Shown here piece after piece: positions 11,141-22,428 of a stretch of 64,000 nt of DNA. The stretch is from a virus: IMG/VR virus record IMGVR_UViG_3300028127_000003, one strand, 5' to 3'. The position numbers and the translations under genes were made by a program. The notes beneath the pieces are model-generated. The model did not search any database. It worked only from the letters and a program-made list of their open reading frames with translations, and was not told the origin of the DNA. Numbering within the stretch: the stretch's first letter is position 1; every line of letters begins with the position of its first letter.

Positions 11141-14100
11141 TTACCTATATGGACGAGCATCGAAATCGTATAATCTAGATGAACTAAAATCATTATATCC
11201 ACTGAAGAATCTTCTTCTATTCCACCACCAGTTTCCGGAACCAAGGGAGTTTCTATAATTACTCAGCATCACTTTGTTGATACTATTTTTATTTGTTCCA
11301 ACTGCTCTATATTTAGCGTAAACTTCTACATCGAAGCTAAATTCAGTTTTATAAGAATCTATGATGTCTAGCCCTATTTTCTTTGAATATGTTAAATTGG
11401 TAAATGCATTTCCATATATTCCAGCAACTCTACCTTTACCGGTTTCACTCTCTCCAAAATAATCTGTCATTCTATATTGGAATACCATATCAACTGACAC
11501 TGCATTTTGACTTCCACCTTCAATTAATTTTTTACCATACTTGTTAGGTCCATCTACCGATAGACTAGTTTGGTTTATAGGTGAAAGGTATAAGAAAGAA
11601 CCACATGAAAGACCACCTAATAAAAATTGATCATCTTCCGTAAATGAGTTTTTTAAAGACTTTTTACCAATTACATTACCTTGTTCATCTATTGGTCCAG
11701 ATTCACCGTCACTTCTAAATGTAATTGTCAGCGGTTGATATGCTGTTTGAATTTTTCCATTCTTATCGTTAGATCTTTTAATAGCATATTTCGGCATCGA
11801 TACAATTCCCGTTGAAACTATATCCTTTGTATTTAAACCTATGTCAGACTGAAGTAGCGGGTGTGATTTATGAAGAAAAAGACCTGAATCATACTTAGCA
11901 GCCGTTATTTGAGAAACAGAAACTGTATCAGCTGAGTTCGGAAGAATAGCTTCAGGAACGTTCGGATCAGATTGGAATCCGTTTTCATCTTCATTCTGCA
12001 CACCCTGTCCATTATTATTCCATGTTCCATTCCATATAAAATCACCAGCTCCGTTTAAATTACTAGGTAAATCTTGATGTGGTTGTATTTTAAAGTCTGT
12101 AAAATCTCTTAAATGAGTTCTATCAGAAATTGATCCAATTCCAGAATTCGTGACTGTTGCAAATGTTAATCCATATTCTGCGCTACTTACTCCTGTTAAG
12201 TTTGAATCCCTAGACAAGTCAGTATCAGGATCTATAATCGAATAAAGATCAGCGTTATTAGCTATATTTCTAAATCTAGAATAAATAAACTGTCCATTTA
12301 ATTGAGATGATTGGTCTGGCGCAACAGAAAAATGATTGTATGAATTTCCATCACCTGTAAGATTTTGATAAACAACAGGGACTAAATCATACTGAGCCTC
12401 TGTCATATAATATGTATCATTTGCTATTTTAACATCAGGTGTTGTAGTTCCAGTTGGTTGTTTATTACCAGTTTCTAAATTAATAATACCTAGGCCATAT
12501 TCTTGTTGTGATGAAGAAACATAAGCAGGTTGTTTAAGATTTCCATTAATTCTTGCACATAATTCTAGATCAGATGCCTTAGTATTATGAAGTTCTACTC
12601 TATAATTTTTAGTAACAATATATCCTTTAGTTTCATCATCTGGTTTTTCATCTACATAATATCCTGCGAATATTTTAGCAGTTGAATTATTTTTAACTAG
12701 CGTTACTTCACCTTCTTCGTCAATAATTTTAATTTGTAATTCTCCAACGGCACCTTCAACCTTAGCTTGTAGTCTTTCTAATTGATTCTGTAATTCCAAT
12801 AATTTATCATATACGCTAATAGGATTCTGTTCTCCTGTTAAAAAACCAGATGCTAGTGATTCTGCGGCATGGGCATAATAAGTATCTCCTGCCGTAAATC
12901 CACTATCAAGGTGTGTAAATAATCCTTGTGATTCTAAATCATCATTTATTTCAACCTTAACATTATCTAAATCATTTTGGTTTACTAGGCTATTTGCTCC
13001 GTCTGTAGATATTTCTCCTTCAGGAAAAGGAATAGTAATAATATCTGACCATTCTGACTCTACTGGGGTTTGTGGGAAACCTGCTTCAGAAACAGATTTA
13101 ATCATCATTTCTATTTTTTCACCAGGCTGAATAGATAAATCTATTGAGTTAAAATTAATAGCCTGTGAATCTTCTTCAGATTCTAGAATCCATCTATATC
13201 CACCATCTGCTTGCTTTTCTCTTTTTCTAATAGGACCTTTAACTTCGACCCAGTTTGAAAATGCAGCAGTTTTTTTATTAAATTTGATTTGCTCTATTAC
13301 AGATGTTTTACCCGTTGAGGAAACGTATCTATATCTAGCAATAAACTGAACTACTTCTTGTGAAATTTCATCACCAACTTTCTTTGGCTCCGGAATAGAC
13401 CAAAAGCCTCTTACCCTATATTTAGGATTAACTTTAGGTAATTCATTTGATTCAGCAATCGCTTTAATCTGTCCAACGCTTGAAGAGAATACTTTAGTTT
13501 CAGCAGCCTTTTCTCTAATGATAGAAGCTAATTCATTTTTCTCTCTATTTCTTTCTATTTTAGATGAGAACTTTTTAGTAGCAATTAATTTTCTTTTCTT
13601 TCTAATTGTAGTGTCAAGCTTTTTAATAACTTCTTTAGCTTTAACTTTATCAGATTTGATCTTTTTTACTTGTTCAACGCTAGCGTTTTGAGTAAGGTGT
13701 TTATTAATTTGTGTTACTTTAAAGTTATCTACTTCTACGATTGGTGCATCTGGGATAAGACCTTCTGATGCAGGTGGAATGTAATCAACCTTAAGTGCTT
13801 TAATAAATTGACCAAAATCAGCAACTTCTTCTTTATAGTATTTAGCAAGTGTAGTAACTATACCATCTTCATTTTGAATAGTAAGTTCATTCGAAAAGAA
13901 TGCAACACCTGGTGAGAAATCAGTAGCTGGTAGTTTAGAGATAGGATCTATTGGTTTAACAAAAACTACTTGTCTTTCATTAAATCCAACTTTAACTTCT
14001 ATAGAAACAGAAGCATCAATATCTTTATAAATAGCGAGAGCATTCGCTCCTATTTTAATCGGTGAATAACCTTCTAAAAGTGACAATTCAACTTGTGTTG

Positions 14101-14956
14101 TTGAAGAATCAATAGAGGTTACTCTATATCTTGTGTTATATTCAGACGTGTTTACTACCAATGAATCTCCAATTTTTAGAGTTTCAGTATCTTTCATGTC
14201 TTTATTAGAGTCCGAATATGTTAATTTATTTAGAGTATATACTTTTACGGTTTTAGTTTGACTAGTCCCGTCTATTAGAGATGTTTTCTGAACATTTTCT
14301 ACTTTTAATACGTCTAACTGGCCATTATACTGAATAGATCTTACTGGCATATCTACCGTCTCTGCATCTATTCTATATTTTAAACCATCTTCTTTTATTT
14401 TAGAAATAAATTTAGAATAATTGACATCATTCTGACCTTTAAAAATTTCATCAAAGGATTCAGTGGAAGACAAGTCTTCATGATCAAATATAACTCTTTC
14501 AGTATAAACTCTTTCAGTATCTACTGGAATTTGTCCTTTAACATCTAAACTAATAGTTAATAAAGGATTTAAGAAATCTTCAAAGAAATCGTTTAGTTGT
14601 GTATTAAATTCTTTTGGAGTTGCTAACGACTTTATAGGTAAAGAAGGACCTTTTAATTTAGAAGTATGTATTCTTCTATAAGAACCATCTTTAAGTTTTA
14701 CATTTGCACTGGAAGTATCTAAACCACTAATCGCAGTTATGTTCTTATCAATTCTTTCAATTTCTCTTTTCAAAAATCCAAATGCTGGAATTTGAATTGC
14801 AGTCATTTCTCCTGTGCGATTATCGAATAAATCTATTGTAACCGTTTCTTTATCGGTTGAAATAGCCTCATTGATACGTTCGAAAGTTTCTAGTGAATTA
14901 GTGTTTAATTCTAGAAACTGTTCGAGTAAATGTGATATAGAATTGCTAGCGCTCAT
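11141..14956 (-). CDS. Large hypothetical structural protein with coiled coils and an FN3-like segment
   Basis: Lys-rich coiled coil (KKIKSDKVKAKEVIKKLD), FN3-like end IKSVSEAG...ESEWSDII, second coiled coil LLELQNQLERLQAKVE. Confidence 0.55.
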   Translation of the reverse strand: MSASNSISHLLEQFLELNTNSLETFERINEAISTDKETVTIDLFDNRTGEMTAIQIPAFGFLKREIERIDKNITAISGLDTSSANVKLKDGSYRRIHTSKLKGPSLPIKSLATPKEFNTQLNDFFEDFLNPLLTISLDVKGQIPVDTERVYTERVIFDHEDLSSTESFDEIFKGQNDVNYSKFISKIKEDGLKYRIDAETVDMPVRSIQYNGQLDVLKVENVQKTSLIDGTSQTKTVKVYTLNKLTYSDSNKDMKDTETLKIGDSLVVNTSEYNTRYRVTSIDSSTTQVELSLLEGYSPIKIGANALAIYKDIDASVSIEVKVGFNERQVVFVKPIDPISKLPATDFSPGVAFFSNELTIQNEDGIVTTLAKYYKEEVADFGQFIKALKVDYIPPASEGLIPDAPIVEVDNFKVTQINKHLTQNASVEQVKKIKSDKVKAKEVIKKLDTTIRKKRKLIATKKFSSKIERNREKNELASIIREKAAETKVFSSSVGQIKAIAESNELPKVNPKYRVRGFWSIPEPKKVGDEISQEVVQFIARYRYVSSTGKTSVIEQIKFNKKTAAFSNWVEVKGPIRKREKQADGGYRWILESEEDSQAINFNSIDLSIQPGEKIEMMIKSVSEAGFPQTPVESEWSDIITIPFPEGEISTDGANSLVNQNDLDNVKVEINDDLESQGLFTHLDSGFTAGDTYYAHAAESLASGFLTGEQNPISVYDKLLELQNQLERLQAKVEGAVGELQIKIIDEEGEVTLVKNNSTAKIFAGYYVDEKPDDETKGYIVTKNYRVELHNTKASDLELCARINGNLKQPAYVSSSQQEYGLGIINLETGNKQPTGTTTPDVKIANDTYYMTEAQYDLVPVVYQNLTGDGNSYNHFSVAPDQSSQLNGQFIYSRFRNIANNADLYSIIDPDTDLSRDSNLTGVSSAEYGLTFATVTNSGIGSISDRTHLRDFTDFKIQPHQDLPSNLNGAGDFIWNGTWNNNGQGVQNEDENGFQSDPNVPEAILPNSADTVSVSQITAAKYDSGLFLHKSHPLLQSDIGLNTKDIVSTGIVSMPKYAIKRSNDKNGKIQTAYQPLTITFRSDGESGPIDEQGNVIGKKSLKNSFTEDDQFLLGGLSCGSFLYLSPINQTSLSVDGPNKYGKKLIEGGSQNAVSVDMVFQYRMTDYFGESETGKGRVAGIYGNAFTNLTYSKKIGLDIIDSYKTEFSFDVEVYAKYRAVGTNKNSINKVMLSNYRNSLGSGNWWWNRRRFFSGYNDFSSSRLYDFDARPYR

Positions 14957-14957
14957 A

Positions 14958-16943
14958 TTATCTTAAGATATCGTATTCAAACGTTTTATTTACTGGATCT
15001 ACACATACTATTTCGATATATGGTTTATTAGATAATAAGTCCGATAAAGAAATAGAAAGTTTTTGCGACCATCCATTACTCTTATCAGTCCACAGTGTTA
15101 TGTAATGTGTTGATAAGTTTTTTATTTTATTTTTAAAAGTTACTCTAACTACTTGGCCTTTTTTCCAACTTGTTATTGTATCATCTAAGTATATATTTAG
15201 ATTAGAATCAAAGTCCTGTGCCTGATCTGTATAGACCATAACTAAGTTGTCAAATTCTTTAAGTCTTTGCCATACCGCCTTTGTTCCAGCTTCATCTGGT
15301 AAAAACATAGAATCAGCAGATAATTCTCTTTCATTAGTAGAAGTTACAGTATCATATACATAAGCTTGTCCTAAAGAATAGCCATAATTAACACAACTGA
15401 TTTTAACTTTACCATTGTTTGATTTATCAATAGACACTCCTGGGTTACCTGACTCTAAAACATCTGTATTATATTGTATCTCTGTTGGAATTACACCAGA
15501 AATAACCTGATTTAATCTAGAGTTGGTATTTGTTATTAGATCTAAAAGACTTCTTTCATCTTGAAAATTAATAGTAGCATTTTCAACATCCTGTTCTATA
15601 TGGTCTAGTCTCTTAGATATTCCTTGTAAGTTTTCAGAACTTAAAAAGAAACTTTCTAACATTTCAACTTTCTTAGAAATATCATTGTATCTAGTATTAG
15701 CATCTCTTAATAATTGAACCGCGTTTTCTAAGGCACTTGTTGTGTCTAAGAAAATGTCCATTGAGAAAGTAGAATAATCATTAACATTCTTTTCTATCCC
15801 AACATTATCTAGCGCTGAATTAAATTTAAGATTTAATTTAAGTGCAAATGCATTACCATTAAGACCGGTAACTTCATTCGGCTTATACTTAGTTAATTCT
15901 GGAATATACCATCCATCATTTGAAGTATCTTCTTTCCAGTTATCTAATAATATTATACCGTATAGGTTTGTTGCTTTATTTCCAATGTTAGACTTTGAAT
16001 ATATGTCATAATACACTAGGATAGCATTGAATCTAAAATCTCCACCTCTTTTAGAATAATCTAATATTGAATCTAATTTAGGATCATTTATTATTTTAGA
16101 GTAGGCGCTTGAATTAAAATCAATTCCAAATGTTGGAACTTCATTTTCGTCAGTATTATAAGTTCCGTCAGCTTGATCAGCATAAGATTCTACATTTAAA
16201 AAAGGATCTGGGTGAGTATCATCATTTGTTCTTCCTTCAATTTCAGCACCAGGTACAAACTTAATATTATTAGTATTAAACTTAGATGTTTCTAATAAAA
16301 CTTCAGGAGTATATCCTACAGAAGAAGGAACGTTAACAAATATTTCGTTGTACTGTTGCCCTTTATAATTTTTATCGTTAGTTACATCAATATTTCCAAT
16401 GTATTTTATAACTTGACTATATTCAGAACCGGCTTGAGTAGAATCATCTAGCTCTATCATTCTAGAATATCCTGTTGAAACTTCTTGTGAAGTTGCAGTT
16501 CTTACTCTTATCGCATTGATGTGATATAAGTATTTAAAGAATATTTTTTCAGCATCACTTTGAAATAAAACATCATCAAAATCATCATTAACCTCTGGGT
16601 TAAGAAGCATGTTCTCTAAATTAAGAGCATAACTTTGAAAAGTTTGTGCAAAATGTACGTTACCATTACCATCATGTAACGAATCATTATAAGAACTAGC
16701 ATTAGAACCGCCACCTCCTTCAAATAGTCTATCATACTTGATATAATTAGGACCCTCTGATAGATCAGTCGGATCACTTTGAATAAAATCAGCATATACT
16801 GGCAAGTCTAGTAATGCAAATTTAGAAAATTCAAAGTTAATATCCGGATTATAATAAGCGCGTGTCAAATCCCTTGCTGCATTAGCAAATGCATACATCG
16901 TACCTCCTTGTTCTTGTGGAATCCTTATTAATGGTGTAGCCAT
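14958..16943 (-). CDS. Hypothetical structural protein with central coiled coil (661 aa)
   Basis: Long ORF abutting its neighbours; heptad region LENAVQLLRDANTRYNDISKKVEMLE. Confidence 0.55.
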   Translation of the reverse strand: MATPLIRIPQEQGGTMYAFANAARDLTRAYYNPDINFEFSKFALLDLPVYADFIQSDPTDLSEGPNYIKYDRLFEGGGGSNASSYNDSLHDGNGNVHFAQTFQSYALNLENMLLNPEVNDDFDDVLFQSDAEKIFFKYLYHINAIRVRTATSQEVSTGYSRMIELDDSTQAGSEYSQVIKYIGNIDVTNDKNYKGQQYNEIFVNVPSSVGYTPEVLLETSKFNTNNIKFVPGAEIEGRTNDDTHPDPFLNVESYADQADGTYNTDENEVPTFGIDFNSSAYSKIINDPKLDSILDYSKRGGDFRFNAILVYYDIYSKSNIGNKATNLYGIILLDNWKEDTSNDGWYIPELTKYKPNEVTGLNGNAFALKLNLKFNSALDNVGIEKNVNDYSTFSMDIFLDTTSALENAVQLLRDANTRYNDISKKVEMLESFFLSSENLQGISKRLDHIEQDVENATINFQDERSLLDLITNTNSRLNQVISGVIPTEIQYNTDVLESGNPGVSIDKSNNGKVKISCVNYGYSLGQAYVYDTVTSTNERELSADSMFLPDEAGTKAVWQRLKEFDNLVMVYTDQAQDFDSNLNIYLDDTITSWKKGQVVRVTFKNKIKNLSTHYITLWTDKSNGWSQKLSISLSDLLSNKPYIEIVCVDPVNKTFEYDILR

Positions 16944-16967
16944 CTAATTAACTGTTTTATTTTTATA

Positions 16968-17528
16968 TTATGAAATTGTGGCTTTATGTGAACCTGTAAT
17001 CCACCAAGTGCCGTCCGTACTTCCTATAAAACTGATACTACCGTTCTGTAAAACATCTATTGAGGTATCAGCGCCATTTATATTGTCTAAACCTGTACCT
17101 TGCATTTGAAATGCAGTCGATGCAATAATAGTTAAAATTTGTCCATCTGCTGAAGGTCCTAATTCTACATCAGCTGAACCAGTGTAAATATAAGCTCCTA
17201 GTGTAGGAGTAACTGTTCCTGCTGGAAAAGTAGCAGTAGGAGCCACTGTAAACTGGAGTGCTTTTTCTAAAATTACATTTTCTTTAAACGTAGCTTCAAC
17301 GCCTGCCTCTAATGAAGATGCAGTTACGTTAAAAGTATTTAAAGTACCTGTGTTTAAGGACAGTGTGCCTGCCGTAATAGCTCCAGTTAAAGATAACGTA
17401 GAACTTGTCGTGTCTAGAACATTTGCGATTAATCCTAATTCTTCATTTACGTTATCAAAATTATTATTGATAGTAAGTCTCGAAGAAGAAAGAGAATGCG
17501 TTCCTAAAATTGTTGTAATACTTGCCAT
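16968..17528 (-). CDS. Small baseplate/fibre-associated structural protein
   Basis: N-terminal SLSSSRLTINNNF motif resembles the xINxNF start of wedge/fibre proteins; beta-rich T/G/S composition. Confidence 0.5.
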   Translation of the reverse strand: MASITTILGTHSLSSSRLTINNNFDNVNEELGLIANVLDTTSSTLSLTGAITAGTLSLNTGTLNTFNVTASSLEAGVEATFKENVILEKALQFTVAPTATFPAGTVTPTLGAYIYTGSADVELGPSADGQILTIIASTAFQMQGTGLDNINGADTSIDVLQNGSISFIGSTDGTWWITGSHKATIS

Positions 17529-17529
17529 T

Positions 17530-20319
17530 TTATTTAATTGTTAAGATGTTTTTTCTTGTTATGTTTTTATTTCCGTTCAAATCAGTTAATTCAAGCTCAA
17601 TACTGTACTCTCCCTTAGTGTCAAATAAGTATGTCAGCCACTGATTATCATAATATATATCTTCTTTTTTTACACTATTATTTATCAATCTCCATTTCTG
17701 TTTTATTATGCCCGGCATTTTAGTCAGGTCATATGAAAATGTCATGTGATTTAATAGATTAATAGTACCGTGATCGTCTATTATATAAGAATCATTGAAG
17801 CTAGGATTGTATGCTTGGTATTTAACAAAACTATCTGGATCTATGATTCCAGTGCTAGTCGTAGCATTGTAAAAATCATATACTTGATTGGGTTGTTTAG
17901 AAACTACGAGCATATAATTACATACATCTGCTCCATCAAAATTATTTACTATATTTCCATCAGTATCTTTATATATCGGATTCCAATTGAATTTAGTAAA
18001 AATAGGCCATTGGTTAGGATTCAAATTATTCAATTCATCCTTTAAGCTTTCCCAAGCCGCAAAATCAGTATTAGACGTAGGATATGTTGCAACAGGTGTA
18101 TATTCTTCTATTATTTCTAAATCTGTAAAAGGATCTAATTGTGAAACAGAAATAGTTCCATTATTAGCGCCGTTTAATTCTAATTTAAAAGAAGAATTTA
18201 AATCTGGTCCAACCCTAGTTTGATCCCAGCATATTTCGGGACCATCATTCCATACATGTTTTCTTAATGATTTCCATTGATAAGGCCCTGTCGTTTCATT
18301 AAATCCAGTTGGAGTTGTAGAATCTGCAAATCTTCTTACCATTGAGAATTCTTTACCATCTTCATCTTCGTGTAAATAATTAGCTCTATCGAGAGTTAGA
18401 TAATATGTAGCAATACTTTCTTCAACAGTGTTTAGGTTTTCTCTACCCCATTCCCATGAAGAACCTGCTTCATCCCATTGATATTTATAATTAGCCCAAT
18501 CTAATTCAGGCGTGAGTTTCTGATACATTCCATATACTTCAACATTCTTAGATTTAACTGTTATCTTTTCATTGTGACTAATACTTCTTATGTTATATAA
18601 ATCCCAAAAAGCAACATCAATAGTGTACTCACCGATGTATGGAAGTATTATTGGTAGTGTATACCAATTGTCAATAGATCCTCTGATAGTTTTAAAGTAG
18701 CCTCTAGGACCTTTAATTATCCATTCAATTTCATATACACTTCTTTTCCACCAATCATCCCATGTTAAATAAGGATCTTGTAAAGTGGTATATGGAGGTT
18801 GTCCGGGTGGAGAATGTAAAATATTAGCATCATCGTCAGTATCGTTTGCATCTATGAAAGTAAAGTCTGCATCATCCCATGTATCTTTAAGTGAAGTTCC
18901 AGTTAAAATAATAGGAGCTCCTATTGGAATTCCTGCAATGGTATTATGTGAAGACATATCTTCATCGTGCCAATCTGTATAGAAAGATCTAATAGAATCT
19001 TCTAATTCATTTCTTTCTGTTTTATTAAAAACTTCTATCTTTTGATTACGACCTTCTAGTCTATAATCTACTTTCCTAAGATCTTCTATATAAATTGATT
19101 TAGCATCTGGAAATATATCATAATGTACGTCTTGTCCAGCATACTGTGCGTGTATTTGGTGTTGATTATTCCAAACTCTCTGATTTACTCCGTCAAAGTA
19201 ATCACCCTCTGCTGTGATATCTACGATCTTTGCGTTAAGCGGTAAATATTCTTTCTGTAGTTTACGCTTTAAAGCATATAATTTTATTAAGATTTCATCC
19301 GGCGAAAAATCTGTAATTTCCTCTACTTCTGGTAAATCAAATTCATTTAATTTTCCAGTAGGAACGTTTAATCGGTATGCTAATGAAAATCTAGAAGTTT
19401 TCTTTTGATTAGAATTAGGAAGGTTCTTATTTCTACTCTTTTTTGCTAAGAAACCTACTTCAGTTTGATTAGCAACAGGAACCACCATCATTTTTCCAAA
19501 TCCTTCAGATTGTTCGTTTATGTTTAACCAATACTCTCTAAGACTTACATTACTATATCCAAAGAAATCAATAACACCTAATAGGGCTTTATATGTTCCT
19601 ATAAAGGGTTTAATAGTAGAAGCCTGTAATAAAAGTTCTTTTCTTTTTCTATTTAATAGTTTATAATCTACACCAAGGTCTTTAATATCAGAATCTCTAA
19701 ATATCAAATAATCCATTTCGTCTAGATTTAATGCCATGTTAGTTAAAAGACTTTTTAGTCTTTCATCTTCAGCAACTACTTCACCATAAACTTTAATTTC
19801 TGCAACCTTTACTTCATTACCATCTTCGGTCGCATATACATTTAATGTTCTAATATGAAAACCTTCTTTATCTGAACTTAATGCTATATTGGCGATGCAT
19901 GCTTGTACATTCAATGCCGCTGCGTTTAAAGGAACTATTTTAAAACCATCAGAGTCAATTGAAGTGTAGTGACTGTTGTCTCTCATTTTAGAAACCTGAG
20001 AAGAATCTACAACTACTTCGTAGTCTCCGTTCTTCATTGTTCCACTATAAAGAAAAATATCATTACTATCTCCATAGCCTGAAACAAATTCAAATCTTAA
20101 AGTATTAGTATTAGCATCGACTGATATAGGATGTACAAATCTTTGATTATCTAATTCATCCCTTACTTCTTCTAGAACATATAAATTTATCGTTTCATAT
20201 AGGCCTGTCGATATTTCAGGTAGAAATATAGTACCCGTAGAATATTCTAAAGTAGAATCATACGTTAAATTTAATTCGTTAGAACTATTATCAAAGAATC
20301 TAAGATTTTGATATGGCAT
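17530..20319 (-). CDS. Baseplate wedge protein (gp7/gpI-like) with PKD-like domains
   Basis: KPFIGTYKALLGVIDFFGY resembles the xGT-helix of wedge proteins; two GEY-x-I-x-L PKD-like strands; next to the gp6-like gene. Confidence 0.55.
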   Translation of the reverse strand: MPYQNLRFFDNSSNELNLTYDSTLEYSTGTIFLPEISTGLYETINLYVLEEVRDELDNQRFVHPISVDANTNTLRFEFVSGYGDSNDIFLYSGTMKNGDYEVVVDSSQVSKMRDNSHYTSIDSDGFKIVPLNAAALNVQACIANIALSSDKEGFHIRTLNVYATEDGNEVKVAEIKVYGEVVAEDERLKSLLTNMALNLDEMDYLIFRDSDIKDLGVDYKLLNRKRKELLLQASTIKPFIGTYKALLGVIDFFGYSNVSLREYWLNINEQSEGFGKMMVVPVANQTEVGFLAKKSRNKNLPNSNQKKTSRFSLAYRLNVPTGKLNEFDLPEVEEITDFSPDEILIKLYALKRKLQKEYLPLNAKIVDITAEGDYFDGVNQRVWNNQHQIHAQYAGQDVHYDIFPDAKSIYIEDLRKVDYRLEGRNQKIEVFNKTERNELEDSIRSFYTDWHDEDMSSHNTIAGIPIGAPIILTGTSLKDTWDDADFTFIDANDTDDDANILHSPPGQPPYTTLQDPYLTWDDWWKRSVYEIEWIIKGPRGYFKTIRGSIDNWYTLPIILPYIGEYTIDVAFWDLYNIRSISHNEKITVKSKNVEVYGMYQKLTPELDWANYKYQWDEAGSSWEWGRENLNTVEESIATYYLTLDRANYLHEDEDGKEFSMVRRFADSTTPTGFNETTGPYQWKSLRKHVWNDGPEICWDQTRVGPDLNSSFKLELNGANNGTISVSQLDPFTDLEIIEEYTPVATYPTSNTDFAAWESLKDELNNLNPNQWPIFTKFNWNPIYKDTDGNIVNNFDGADVCNYMLVVSKQPNQVYDFYNATTSTGIIDPDSFVKYQAYNPSFNDSYIIDDHGTINLLNHMTFSYDLTKMPGIIKQKWRLINNSVKKEDIYYDNQWLTYLFDTKGEYSIELELTDLNGNKNITRKNILTIK

Positions 20320-20321
20320 TA

Positions 20322-20591
20322 TTATCTAATTTTTTTATCATCTTTTTTCATGGTGTAAGATTTGTAAATTTTTAAATAGTTTACAGAATCTACCCAATCG
20401 GCGATTGTATCTTGAATAAGATTAACAAAGTCGTTCATTTGATTATTTCTCCAAATATGAGAAGAAATTGAGTTTTTCAAAATATTACTTCTATAATCAT
20501 TACCTAAATTTTTTCTATCGTCAAATGCATTTTCCCTGATAGAATATAATCTCTTTTTTCTACTTTTAAAAAGGTTACTAAAAATACTCAT
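20322..20591 (-). CDS. Hypothetical protein (baseplate region)
   Basis: 89-aa ORF coupled to both neighbours. Confidence 0.55.
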   Translation of the reverse strand: MSIFSNLFKSRKKRLYSIRENAFDDRKNLGNDYRSNILKNSISSHIWRNNQMNDFVNLIQDTIADWVDSVNYLKIYKSYTMKKDDKKIR

Positions 20592-22411
20592 TATATAGCT
20601 TTTCTATTTTTAGCCTGAACTTTAGCGAATATGCTATTTTTCACAGCTGGTTCATCAAAGTAAATTGAAAGAGCTGCTTTTTCTCCAGTCTTTACTGAAT
20701 CATCCACCATGTTTCCATTTTGATCTAACCAGCCACCTCTAAATAATGCAACTTCTTCTTTTTCTAAAATTATATCTCCAAATGAATCTAAATTAATTAC
20801 ATTCTCTGGAAGAGGTGCATTGGGTTCAAAATTAATTTGCCTTTCAGTTACTGTTCTTTTAAAGAAAACCATTTTTTGTTTTCCATTACCTATATCTTCT
20901 AAGATTGGGGTAGAAGGAGTTACCGTTACTGTTTTAGAAGTATAATATCCTAATCTTCTAGCCGTTTCTTCTTTTTCAGAAGTGAATTTAACGTTAACGG
21001 AATCAATACCTTCAATTGATTCAACAATAGCGACAATATCAGATTTTGGTAATCTATCTCTTCTTGTAATGTTAATTAGGTATTCTGCTATTTTAGATCT
21101 AATTTCAGTAGCAAGATTAGCCTTTGTATATCCTTCAAAGTATCTTACTTTAATATCCATTCTAAAATATTGTGGGGAAGGATCTACTATTTTAATTTCA
21201 GTTGTTACCATCTGTCTTCCTGATTTTTCTAATAATCCCATAATTCCTTCTTTTTCTATTTCAGTAAAAAAGAATTCAGAATTATCTAAGCTAAAATAAT
21301 CTTTATTGTTTTGTAATTTTTTAAGAGTATTAGGCAACATGAACAGATAGATAACATTATCATCGTCTAAATATCCATCATCTGTAGTGTTATATGCATC
21401 TAAATAAGAAAACATACCATATCTTGAAAGAAAGTGCTCATAGTTATCAGGAGTTGCTAATACAAATGAATGTGACTGTAATGGGGCAATTAACTTTGTT
21501 AATTCAATATCTTCTGGATTTGCTCCCATTTTAGGTGCAACTGTAAATTCAGATTCTAATAATTCATTTAGATCATGCGTATTTCCTAATGAATCTGTTC
21601 CTTCAGTTTTGAATTCAAACGATAAATCAGCTCTACCGTTTAAATTACCCATAGCACCTCCTATTTTTAAATATTCGATTTCAATCGATGCACCTGTTGG
21701 AGGAATGTCACCAAATGAACCATTACCGAAATAAAGATCTAATCCACCTGTAATTCCTGTTTTTACTAAATAACCTTCAGTTCCCTTTTTCATATCATAT
21801 AAAGAATCATATTTAGTCCATAAATTAGAATTAACCTTTACTCTAATCTGTCCATGGTCTATCATGCTTTTAGTTATTACATTAAAGGATTGAAAAGATT
21901 CTCCAGTTGAGGTTAATGTTTGAGATTCATATTCTCCCTGAATTACAGGAATATAAATATAATTTGCGTTTGATTTTTCTAATCTAAATTGATCATTACT
22001 TGTTCTCAGGGTGTATTTAAGACCGTTGTCTTTGCATTCTATAATAGCATTGGATGGAATGTTTAAAGCATCACCAGCAATATCATCTAAACCCTGCACT
22101 CCTAATCTAAGCTTTAATTCACCTGAAGCGGCAGCTCCTCTAAATGAATCATGTCCTGCTAATCTTGAGAGTCCATATATTGATTCTGGGTTTTGAGCTG
22201 TAAGAATATTTTGCTCTACTGTAGAATCTTCAATGTAGAAGAATATTAATCTTCCTATTTCTGAAATAACGTCTAGGATTTGTGAAAACGGAGAGGCTGT
22301 TGTAAATGCACCTTCTACCTCGCCATATATCCTAGTAATATAGGATCTAATGTCGTCAATCATTTCTCCAGCTTTTATTCTGGAAGTTGATAAAAATTTA
22401 TTATCTGCCAT
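20591..22411 (-). CDS. Baseplate wedge subunit (T4 gp6 / baseplate J-like)
   Basis: FTTASPFSQILDVI, SIYGLSRLAGH, LYFGNGSFGDIPPTGASIEIEY, VLATPDNYEHFL, DIVAIVESIEGIDSV match the gp6/J pattern; adjacent to gp25. Confidence 0.8.
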   Translation of the reverse strand: MADNKFLSTSRIKAGEMIDDIRSYITRIYGEVEGAFTTASPFSQILDVISEIGRLIFFYIEDSTVEQNILTAQNPESIYGLSRLAGHDSFRGAAASGELKLRLGVQGLDDIAGDALNIPSNAIIECKDNGLKYTLRTSNDQFRLEKSNANYIYIPVIQGEYESQTLTSTGESFQSFNVITKSMIDHGQIRVKVNSNLWTKYDSLYDMKKGTEGYLVKTGITGGLDLYFGNGSFGDIPPTGASIEIEYLKIGGAMGNLNGRADLSFEFKTEGTDSLGNTHDLNELLESEFTVAPKMGANPEDIELTKLIAPLQSHSFVLATPDNYEHFLSRYGMFSYLDAYNTTDDGYLDDDNVIYLFMLPNTLKKLQNNKDYFSLDNSEFFFTEIEKEGIMGLLEKSGRQMVTTEIKIVDPSPQYFRMDIKVRYFEGYTKANLATEIRSKIAEYLINITRRDRLPKSDIVAIVESIEGIDSVNVKFTSEKEETARRLGYYTSKTVTVTPSTPILEDIGNGKQKMVFFKRTVTERQINFEPNAPLPENVINLDSFGDIILEKEEVALFRGGWLDQNGNMVDDSVKTGEKAALSIYFDEPAVKNSIFAKVQAKNRKAI

Positions 22412-22428
22412 TTTTATTTTTAGTTTTA

